A stretch of 64,000 nt of DNA from Bacteroidales bacterium (lineage in GTDB: Bacteria > Bacteroidota > Bacteroidia > Bacteroidales > P3): the NCBI GenBank assembly GCA_017480225.1, contig JAFVBB010000010.1, forward strand, positions 120,748-184,747, in the 5' to 3' direction. The translations under genes were made by a program, and so were the position numbers. The number at the start of each line of letters is the position of its first letter. Position 1 is the first letter of the stretch. The notes below the pieces were generated by a model. It worked only from the letters and a program-made list of their open reading frames with translations. It was not told the origin of the DNA and made no database searches. Of the stretch, positions 8,983 through 16,341 are shown piece after piece.

Positions 8983-10456
8983 GGTGCCCTCCTATCTGCG
9001 CGTTGCGCTGCCTCGTGGTGGCGCCCTCATCGAAGTCGGTGCCACGCAGGAGCGCGTTTTTTCCAAAACGTTTCTTTATGGCCAGCGTGGCCTCCTGCAG
9101 CTTGCGCTCGCGCCGGTCGGCCGCCTGCCCGGCCTCGCGCTGCGACTGGATGCTGTCGCTGTCGGAGAAGAGGTCGAGTTGCATGTTCACGCCGGGCGAG
9201 GTGGGGCCTGCCGTTTCCGCCACCACGTTGTAGGCGCCGATGGTGAGCCTGCGCACCATGAGGCGGGGGTCGGCCAGCTGGTTGAACAATTGCACGACAG
9301 CCCCGATGATGGCGCTTGACGACGAGGTGTGGTGCGGCAGCCTGACGCCGGACGACGCGGGCCGGGGGACGGCGCGGCCATAGTGGTCGCATACCACGTC
9401 GGAGGCGACGTCGGCCGAGGCTGTGTCGTAGCCTATGGCCAGCGACAGTTGGTCGGTCAGCAGGCGTTTGTCAACCAGGTTGAGCGAGAGGGCGTCGGCC
9501 ATCTCGCGTGCCACGACCCGGGCTTTGTCAAACGGGTAGGGCTCGTGGAGCACCTGCGACGACGAGAGCGAGTTGCTCGAGGGTCGGAATTGCTTTATGG
9601 CCTGCATCGTGCAAGGCTCGCAGCCCCAGGCGTGGTCAATCAGCAGCTCGGCGTTCTTGCCAAACACCCTGTAGAGCGTGTCCTCGTTGGCGAGCGAGTA
9701 ACGCGCAATGTCACCCATGGTGTGCAGTCCCAACGAGGCCAGGCGCCGCCTGGTGCCGTGCCCCACGCGCCAGAAGTCAGTGATGGGTGTGTGTGCCCAC
9801 AGCCGGTGCCGGTAAGAGGTCTCGTCAAGCTCGGCAATGCGCACCCCGTTGCGGTCGGCCTCGAGGTGCTTTGCCTCTATGTCCATGGCCACCTTGGCCA
9901 GGTAGAGGTTGGTGCCGATGCCCGCCGTGGCCGTGATGCCGGTTTCGTCGAGCACCTCGAGCATAAGCCGCATAGCCAGCTCGCGTGCGGTGCACCGGTA
10001 GAGCTCCAGGTAGCGCGTGGCGTCGACAAACACCTCGTCGACAGAGTATACGTGTATGTCGTCGGGGGCGATGTGGCGAAGGTAGATGCCGTATATTCGC
10101 GTGGAATAGTCGAGGTAGAGCGACATTCGCGGCGGGGCAACGATATAGTCAAGAGCCAGCGCCGGGTTGGCCTTGAGGTCGGGGTCGTGGCTACTTGAGC
10201 CCTCAAAAATGCCGTGCGGAGTGTTGTACATGCGCTCATGGTTCACCTGCCCCACCCTGCGCGTCACCTCGAAAAGACGAGGCCGGCCGCCAATGCCGTA
10301 GGCCTTGAGCGACGGCGACACGGCGAGGCATATCGTCTTTTCGGTGCGGCTCTTGTCGGCAACCACAAGATTTGTCGACATGGGGTTGAGTCCACGCTCG
10401 CGGCATTCGACCGAGGCATAGAAAGACTTTAGGTCTATGGCAATGTATGTCGGCAT
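8975..10456 (-). CDS. Y-family DNA polymerase (UmuC/UvrX/ImpB-like translesion polymerase)
   Basis: N-terminus MPTYIAIDLKSFYASVECRERGL..., palm/finger motifs, C-terminal KKRFGKNALLRG...RNAQIGGH typical of UvrX-like enzymes. Confidence 0.85.
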   Translation of the reverse strand: MPTYIAIDLKSFYASVECRERGLNPMSTNLVVADKSRTEKTICLAVSPSLKAYGIGGRPRLFEVTRRVGQVNHERMYNTPHGIFEGSSSHDPDLKANPALALDYIVAPPRMSLYLDYSTRIYGIYLRHIAPDDIHVYSVDEVFVDATRYLELYRCTARELAMRLMLEVLDETGITATAGIGTNLYLAKVAMDIEAKHLEADRNGVRIAELDETSYRHRLWAHTPITDFWRVGHGTRRRLASLGLHTMGDIARYSLANEDTLYRVFGKNAELLIDHAWGCEPCTMQAIKQFRPSSNSLSSSQVLHEPYPFDKARVVAREMADALSLNLVDKRLLTDQLSLAIGYDTASADVASDVVCDHYGRAVPRPASSGVRLPHHTSSSSAIIGAVVQLFNQLADPRLMVRRLTIGAYNVVAETAGPTSPGVNMQLDLFSDSDSIQSQREAGQAADRRERKLQEATLAIKKRFGKNALLRGTDFDEGATTRQRNAQIGGHHE

Positions 10457-10765
10457 CTTTTTCAGGCGGCTGCCATCGGGTCAGGTTGGTGTTTATTGTT
10501 GTGGCACTGGCTATTGTACGCCACTCGTGCATTTTTTGGTCACCGCAAAGTTACGAAAATTATCACGAACCGGACTGCGGCCGTGAACATGGTGCCGGGA
10601 TGCGCATCCCCAAATAACTTGATGGTATGATTTTTCACTTTTCCACGCCCACGGCGGGGTTGCAGGAACGACAGGACCGCCCCTCGTCCACATTTGTAGC
10701 GCACTGAAATGCAGTCAGTCCAGGATATTTTTCAAAAAAAATTTTGCAGGAATGAAAAATGTGTG

Positions 10766-10773
10766 TACTTTTG
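10766..10773 (+). promoter_or_regulatory. Bacteroidota -7 box (TACTTTTG) upstream of tRNA-Gln
   Basis: Matches TAnnTTTG and lies 31 nt upstream of the mature tRNA 5-prime end. A TTTG lies about 25 nt further upstream. Confidence 0.45.
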
Positions 10774-10803
10774 CACCCGATTTCGAGAGATGAGATTAAG
10801 CAA

Positions 10804-10876
10804 TTGTCCTATGGTGTAACGGTAGCACATCTGACTCTGGATCAGCTTGTCTTGGTTCGAATCCAGGTAGGACAAC
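10804..10876 (+). tRNA. tRNA-Gln (anticodon CTG)
   Basis: Acceptor stem TTGTCCT/AGGACAA, D-arm GGTGTAACGGTAGCAC, anticodon loop CT-CTG-GA, T-arm CTTGG-TTCGAATC-CCAGG. Folded by hand. CCA is not encoded. Confidence 0.8.
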
Positions 10877-10879
10877 ACC

Positions 10880-10916
10880 CCCTCCCCCTGATTATCGGGG
10901 GGAGGGTATTGTTTTG
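10880..10916 (+). terminator. Intrinsic terminator after tRNA-Gln
   Basis: 9-bp G/C stem CCCTCCCCC / GGGGGAGGG with a 9-nt loop, followed by TATTGTTTT. Confidence 0.6.
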
Positions 10917-11008
10917 CCATCACTACCGAGAATGGTAGTCAAACTATGAAACTCGTTGTAAAATAAAACTAATAATAACAGAAAGCCAAATAAACAAAAT
11001 ACAAAGAA

Positions 11009-11770
11009 ATGAAAATCAAACTCACAATGGTAATGTTTGTTGCAGCGGCCACTATGTTTGTAACATCCTGCAACAAGGGCGATGACAACAACGGCGACAA
11101 CCCCTCCGGCGGCGGCTCATCCGCAATCTCCGAGGCCAACCTTGTTGGCGAGTGGGGATGGCCGAGCAGCCACACCTTAGCAGGCGAAACAATGGTGTTC
11201 ACCAAAAATCATATTGTGAAATATGATGGCAAGAATTACACATGGCAGATTAGCGGTAAACACCTGCGGGGTGTGTTCAGCGAGCGTTTTATCATTGAAT
11301 TCGACATTGTGGAAATCGATGGTGCCACAATGAGAATCAGCGGTACAGTGAAGGATAGCATAGCCCAAATGTCGGGTGTGGCTCCAACCGATATCTCCGG
11401 TACTTTGGTGAAGACCAGGACTTTTGTCCCGACCTCGCTCGACGAAAGCATGATGATCGGCGACTGGAGATGCGATATTGAAGAGATGGGTACGTTTGGG
11501 CTGACTGTAAACGAAGACCACACCTGTAGCGGCTGGCATGGAAGCCTGTCGTTTGATTGGAGTATTGAAGGCACGAATTTCAAATCGACTGGCGGCTATA
11601 CAAGCGACAACTACGAAGTCGAGTTTTCTGCCGATAGTATTACAACCTCGGCCATGAAAACAATAATGTATGTCAAAGGGACCGACAAACACCACAAGCA
11701 TAACGTCTTGACAGGTGCCGACGAGGATTCTGCCACAGAGTTCACAGGCAAGCTCACCAAAAACATCTAA
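11009..11770 (+). CDS. Lipoprotein with two lipocalin-like repeats (hypothetical)
   Basis: Signal peptide plus lipobox MKIKLTMVMFVAAATMFVTSC. Two segments open with LVGEWGW and MIGDWRC, as lipocalin-like domains do. AT-richer than the flanks. Confidence 0.55.
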   Translation: MKIKLTMVMFVAAATMFVTSCNKGDDNNGDNPSGGGSSAISEANLVGEWGWPSSHTLAGETMVFTKNHIVKYDGKNYTWQISGKHLRGVFSERFIIEFDIVEIDGATMRISGTVKDSIAQMSGVAPTDISGTLVKTRTFVPTSLDESMMIGDWRCDIEEMGTFGLTVNEDHTCSGWHGSLSFDWSIEGTNFKSTGGYTSDNYEVEFSADSITTSAMKTIMYVKGTDKHHKHNVLTGADEDSATEFTGKLTKNI

Positions 11771-11796
11771 ACGGAAAGTATTATGAACAAGAATAG

Positions 11797-12161
11797 GATA
11801 GTACGAAGACTGGCTATCGGCAGCATGGTATTGGTGGCGTAGGCTGGGATATTCCTGTGCCTTCCATCACACTTGACACCCAATGGGGTGTACCGCGCTA
11901 CAAGCCAACAAGGAAACCGAGATTTACCTGCTTGACGGAGAGCAACTGATTACCAAAGAAGCCGACGGCACACCACGTGCGATGCCTCACCGAACAAACC
12001 AGCAGGCCAACCGCCTGCCTGACGGCACACAGTTCTATGCCCGTACTGGAGATGCCCACGACAGCATTGTCCGCCATGGCAACAGCCCCAAAAACTACTG
12101 GTGGGAGGTGGTAGACCGTAGGACAACAAAGAGCACCCTCAATGGGGTGCTCTTTTGTTGA
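11797..12161 (+). pseudogene. Remnant of the N-terminal domain of an SpvB/TcaC-type (Rhs-family) toxin, frameshifted and truncated
   Basis: One frame reads GIGGVGWDIPVPSITLDTQWGVPRYK. After a frameshift near 11900 the next frame reads NKETEIYLLDGEQLI...YARTGDAHDSIVRHG...YWWEVVDRR. This pattern matches SpvB-type N-terminal domains of proteins that are normally over 2000 aa. It ends in a terminator hairpin. Confidence 0.55.
12128..12160 (+). terminator. Hairpin terminator capping the toxin fragment
   Basis: 11-bp stem AAAGAGCACCC / GGGTGCTCTTT with a 6-nt loop, then TTGTTG. Confidence 0.5.
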
Positions 12162-12221
12162 TTGATGCTGGGTATTGGATGGAAGTCGTCTTACAATTGA
12201 TGGTATTGTGGTTGATTGAGG

Positions 12222-12683
12222 TCAGAGCGTGACGGTAAGCGAATATGGCCCGGAACCGCCCCAGCTGTGGAACACGAAGGTGTAGGTGCCTGACTCGAGA
12301 TTATGGATGTCGAACTCGTTGGTGACCATGCACAGGCAGTCGGTCTGCGGCAAGTCGGGGTTGTCGGTTTCGTAGATGTGAATTGTTGCGCCATCGCGAT
12401 GTATGCGCACCACAACGCCATTGTCTGCGTTGGCATTACCGCAACTGATGGCCAGATAGTAGTGCGTAATGTGGGCAATGCCGTCGCTGTACGACACCGT
12501 TGCCGATTCTTCGTTGTCCATCGCATCCTTAGTAAGACTCAGGCACTTGGAATGATGAACATTGTAGGCGGTGTTGTCAATCACCGTCTCATCGTCGCCA
12601 CATTGGAATGCCATCAGCAGGATGACTCCGCCCATCAAGGATAGCGTAGACAGTTTGAGGGTTCTGATTGCTTTTCTTGTCAT
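12222..12683 (-). CDS. Small lipoprotein (hypothetical)
   Basis: Internal start MTRKAIRTLKLSTLSLMGGVILLMAFQC (lipobox). TACCTTTG box on the minus strand at 12758-12765. Confidence 0.55.
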   Translation of the reverse strand: MTRKAIRTLKLSTLSLMGGVILLMAFQCGDDETVIDNTAYNVHHSKCLSLTKDAMDNEESATVSYSDGIAHITHYYLAISCGNANADNGVVVRIHRDGATIHIYETDNPDLPQTDCLCMVTNEFDIHNLESGTYTFVFHSWGGSGPYSLTVTL

Positions 12684-12955
12684 TGTGTAGGTTTTAGATT
12701 GTTTGTATGCGTAGTTTCTGCGCCCCAATAGCCACGACAGAAACACGGTGCAAAGGTACGAAATCTTTTTCGGATAGAAAAGATATTTTTCGCAAGTCAG
12801 TATGCTGGGTCGTTAATCCATTATCAAAATATTCCGGAAATCATGGACATCTTTGCACTGCAACGTTGCACTTCGTAGTTGAATCTGCGCGGCTGCACAT
12901 TTTTTCGCGGGCGCGCAATATGTGAGGCGTGAATGCGTTAGTGGGGTGCGCGATT

Positions 12956-13318
12956 ATGGGCAGGCATCTGATAATATCGACAAGCAGCGAGCTGGTGAGG
13001 GCGGCGTCGGCCGAGTTGGTGTACATCTCGTCCGACGGCAATTATTCCACACTTGTCTTCGCCTCGGGCGACAGCCGCGTGGTGGCCATGCAGCTGGGAC
13101 AGATTGCCACGCTTATCGACAGTCAGTTCCATTCAGCCGACAACAGTTTTATTCGCATCGGCAAGAGTCTGATAATCAATCGCGACTTCATTAGTTACAT
13201 CAATCCCGGACGCGGCCAGCTGGTGTTGAGCGACGGCCGTATCGCCAACCACAGCCTCCCTGCCTCGCGCGAGGCGCTGAAGCAGCTGAAGGACCTAATA
13301 GAAAAGGAGGAAGCATGA
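12956..13318 (+). CDS. Stand-alone LytTR-domain DNA-binding protein
   Basis: AELVYISSDGNYSTLVFASGDSRVVAMQLGQIATLI...FIRIGKSLIINRDFISYI matches the LytTR fold pattern. There is no receiver or TM domain. An alternative GTG start lies at 12929. Confidence 0.7.
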   Translation: MGRHLIISTSSELVRAASAELVYISSDGNYSTLVFASGDSRVVAMQLGQIATLIDSQFHSADNSFIRIGKSLIINRDFISYINPGRGQLVLSDGRIANHSLPASREALKQLKDLIEKEEA

Positions 13319-14157
13319 ACAGACAGATGGGCGACGACGAGATATGGGTGATGGGTAGCCACGGCAGCCATCGGCGCAGGCTGAGGCCATGGGTGTGGTG
13401 GGCTCTGGGACTGGCGGCTGCGGCCTTACTGGTGGTTGCCGTGATACTCCTGCGCGGCCGAGGCATGAAGAAGGTGGGCGAGGCAGAACCCCCTGCCGAG
13501 CCGGACGCCGGATGGCTGCTGCGCGGGGCCGACACCACGAGCGCTTGCATACTGCACCGCAGCGTCGAGGCCGACAGTACCACACTTCACGTGTACGTGC
13601 CCGTGAAGGCCACGGCGAGGCTTTGTATGGGCGAGCCCGACACCAACGACGAGAGCATACTTTTCGCCACACTGGCCGCCGACCTGCGCCGCGACAATGG
13701 GCGGATAGTGGGGGCCTTCGTGCACAACGGCGAGCCGCTGTCGTGGGGTCTGTCAAAGCGGGGTTACTGCGCCATTATTGACGGCAAGGTCACGGTCGGC
13801 GTGGCCGAGAATTCACCGCTGTTCGAGAAAGCAACCGAGACCGGTGGCGACTTCTTCCGCCAGTATGCCGCTGTTGACAGTGGCCGGTTTGTGGCCAACA
13901 ATCCGGAGAACAGCGCGTTCCGGCGTGCGCTGTGCGTAATCGGAGGACGAGTGTGCATAGTGTGCAGCGAAAGCCGCATGACGATGAACGAGTTCTCGTC
14001 TGCACTGGCAGGTTCCAGTGTGAGCGACGGCATCTTCCTGGTGGGCGGAACGGCCGACGGATGGTACCGTGACGGCGACGGCAACGTGATCAGATTAGGT
14101 CGAGAAGCCTACCGAAAGAACCGCTTTCTGAACTATCTGGTCTTCCGCCGACAGTGA
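13315..14157 (+). CDS. Single-pass membrane protein with a DUF2233 (phosphodiester glycosidase)-like extracytoplasmic domain
   Basis: ATGA overlap with the LytTR gene. TM segment WVWWALGLAAAALLVVAVILL. The C-terminal 230 aa align by eye with the 37781..38656 protein (RRDNGRIVGAFVHNGEPL, RRALCVIGGRVCIV, FLVGGTADGWY versus INLDGGGSSTIY). Confidence 0.55.
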   Translation: MNRQMGDDEIWVMGSHGSHRRRLRPWVWWALGLAAAALLVVAVILLRGRGMKKVGEAEPPAEPDAGWLLRGADTTSACILHRSVEADSTTLHVYVPVKATARLCMGEPDTNDESILFATLAADLRRDNGRIVGAFVHNGEPLSWGLSKRGYCAIIDGKVTVGVAENSPLFEKATETGGDFFRQYAAVDSGRFVANNPENSAFRRALCVIGGRVCIVCSESRMTMNEFSSALAGSSVSDGIFLVGGTADGWYRDGDGNVIRLGREAYRKNRFLNYLVFRRQ

Positions 14158-14275
14158 TTTTTCTGTACGAAACAGTAGCTGACATGCCGTTTCGTACACC
14201 CACATGCCACTTCATACATTGGAGCCCGCAGGCTGGCAGAAGAGAATATTTTTTTGCCAATACGTTTTTTGTTCG

Positions 14276-14283
14276 TATCTTTG
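14276..14283 (+). promoter_or_regulatory. Orphan TATCTTTG -7 box with no ORF downstream
   Basis: Perfect TAnnTTTG. It corresponds in position to the promoter at 17283-17290 in the duplicated segment. About 440 nt of AT-rich non-coding DNA follow. Confidence 0.35.
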
Positions 14284-14726
14284 CAATCTGAAAGAACAAC
14301 GAGCAGGTAGGCCTTGGAGAAAATCAATGAGGCCGCCTGCACAACATAACGAAAAGACAATGTAAATATGTAACAGAGAAACAGATATATAGAAATAATA
14401 TAAAAATATAGCGTTTGCTGTTTGTTCCGACCAATGTGAAACGTGGAAAATTTCATTTAAGGACTCTAAGGGCAACAAAGGCAGATGCTCGTCGATAGGC
14501 GAGTTATCAAGTCTTTTCCTTAGAGAGGTTTTTTCCACGACCGCACATTGGGGGACGAGAAATAGAACTCGCCTTCTTTAATTGCGGTGGTGGATGATCT
14601 AAGGAATCGGTGGCGACGTGGTACGCAAGCACCTTGCTTGTGAAAAAAGTTCCATTGCAGGCATCTTGCCTACAATATTCAAGTTCTCGCAGGCGAGGTT
14701 CCTGCGTACCCCAAACGAATGGCATT

Positions 14727-14936
14727 ATGCAGATACACATCGGACACATTATTCGCGACGAACTTCATCGCCAAGGCCGCACCAACCAGTGGCTCGCCGA
14801 CCAGCTGAGCGTCGAACGCAGCACCGTACAGCGCCTTTTCAACAAACCTTCAGTCGACACCCAGTTGCTTTTTCGCATCAGCAAACTGCTTGAAACAGAT
14901 TTTTTTGTGTGCTATTCCCGACTTCTCGCAATGTAG
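14727..14936 (+). CDS. Small helix-turn-helix (XRE-like) DNA-binding protein
   Basis: 69 aa: MQIHIGHIIRDELHRQGRTNQWLADQLSVERSTVQRLFNKPSVDTQLLFRISKLLETDFF. This is an HTH pattern. The track ORF is extended by 39 codons. Confidence 0.6.
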   Translation: MQIHIGHIIRDELHRQGRTNQWLADQLSVERSTVQRLFNKPSVDTQLLFRISKLLETDFFVCYSRLLAM

Positions 14937-14968
14937 CGGATGTTGCCACGTGGCAACATCCGCTACAT
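14931..14968. promoter_or_regulatory. 38-bp perfect palindrome overlapping the HTH gene stop codon
   Basis: ATGTAGCGGATGTTGCCACGTGGCAACATCCGCTACAT equals its own reverse complement (checked base by base) and is centred on CACGTG. It lies 21 nt upstream of the next -7 box. Confidence 0.8.
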
Positions 14969-14988
14969 CTTAACTTGTCAGTTTACTG

Positions 14989-14996
14989 TATTTTTG
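14989..14996 (+). promoter_or_regulatory. -7 box TATTTTTG for the 15015 gene
   Basis: Matches TAnnTTTG, 19 nt upstream of ATG 15015. Confidence 0.45.
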
Positions 14997-15014
14997 CAGC
15001 CAAAAAAGATAAAG

Positions 15015-15611
15015 ATGAAAACAATATCCAAAACAGCAATTGTGCTGACATTTATTACATTGGGGATTACCAACGTGGCAAAAGGACAAATATACGAAAG
15101 CGAGGCCTGCTTTTATTCCCAGGCGGGGAGTAGCAGTGTTTCGAGAATAGTAAGATTTGAAGGCTCACGTAAATTGGTATGGGTAAAAACTTATTTTAAC
15201 CGTGATAAATTAGCAGAGTCCAAGTATTATTATGAAAATGAGAGTTGGACTGACGGAAAAGATCAGGTACAAATGTATGAGTATGACTATTCTATGTCTA
15301 CATCACAGAGAGTTGTGTATAAAAGAGTGGAAAAAAGGAAAATCCACGATTGGCAATGTGCATATTGCCAGTATTCTACTAATTTTTCCTGTCTCAATTG
15401 TCCATCGATTGGAATTGGATGTGGAAGGCATGGTTATGAGGATGGTGATAAATATTACGTCGCTTTTTCAAAGGATAAATCGTCATTTATTTACTGGCGT
15501 GAGGCAAAAAGTGATATAGACAAAACACCAAGAGATAAAACTACATATACCCGTGTTCCCAAAAAAGACCTTCTTCCCAAAGCTGCAAACTATGACTTCC
15601 TCAATGAATAG
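15015..15611 (+). CDS. Secreted Cys-cluster protein (hypothetical)
   Basis: Signal peptide MKTISKTAIVLTFITLGITNVAKG. Cys cluster WQCAYCQYSTNFSCLNCPSIGIGCGRHG. Very AT-rich coding sequence. Confidence 0.55.
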   Translation: MKTISKTAIVLTFITLGITNVAKGQIYESEACFYSQAGSSSVSRIVRFEGSRKLVWVKTYFNRDKLAESKYYYENESWTDGKDQVQMYEYDYSMSTSQRVVYKRVEKRKIHDWQCAYCQYSTNFSCLNCPSIGIGCGRHGYEDGDKYYVAFSKDKSSFIYWREAKSDIDKTPRDKTTYTRVPKKDLLPKAANYDFLNE

Positions 15612-16302
15612 GTGGTTGGCACTTGCGTTGCTGGCGTTGTTCGGCATCAGCGTTTCGGCGCAAGATGTACGCTATTATAAGTTGTCGAGCACCAGAATTG
15701 GTGGCATAACCAATAATAATGTGTCTGGCGGACAATTTATTAACTTTATAAGTGATATTTGCTTTGAGTCTAATAACAAGGGTGTTGGAGTTGGCCACGG
15801 CACTTTGACACGAAACGACAACTACAGCAATTCGCAGTACACTACTTATCAGGGTTCGAGCTACTGGGGTAGCAGTACCACTTTCAAGTTCAACGCCGAC
15901 AAGAGTGTGTTGAATGTGGTATTGGACAATGGTGACATCTACGTTTATAAACGTGCTACTCCACCGACCGGAGTAACCACCTGCTCGCTTATTCGTCAGA
16001 AATCGAACGGAAGCTCTTCGAGTGGTGGGTATGTTCCGCAGCCAACCTATCCAACGCAACCCTATCCAGCACAGCCGTACCCACAACAGCAGTATCCGCA
16101 GCAACAGCAACAAACACCGACTCATCAACAACCAACTCGTATACAGTGTTCATATTGTAACGGCACAGGCGAGGTGAAGAAAGATTATGATGGTGTTTCC
16201 TTTGGTCTTGGTGAAAACAGATATTGTAGCAAATGTGGGACTACAGGTCCACAGCATTCGCACGTTCCTTGTCCGCAATGCTACGGCAAAGGCTACAAAT
16301 AA
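15604..16302 (+). CDS. Secreted protein with a Q/P-rich linker and a C-terminal DnaJ-type CxxCxGxG zinc-finger-like module (hypothetical)
   Basis: Signal peptide MNRWLALALLALFGISVSAQ. PQPTYPTQPYPAQPYPQQQYPQQQQQTPTHQQP. Then CSYCNGTG, CSKCGTTG, CPQCYGKG. 8-nt overlap with the previous gene. Confidence 0.55.
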   Translation: MNRWLALALLALFGISVSAQDVRYYKLSSTRIGGITNNNVSGGQFINFISDICFESNNKGVGVGHGTLTRNDNYSNSQYTTYQGSSYWGSSTTFKFNADKSVLNVVLDNGDIYVYKRATPPTGVTTCSLIRQKSNGSSSSGGYVPQPTYPTQPYPAQPYPQQQYPQQQQQTPTHQQPTRIQCSYCNGTGEVKKDYDGVSFGLGENRYCSKCGTTGPQHSHVPCPQCYGKGYK

Positions 16303-16341
16303 TCCTATTACCGCTTTTAGAAACGTCAGGATCTATCTGCG

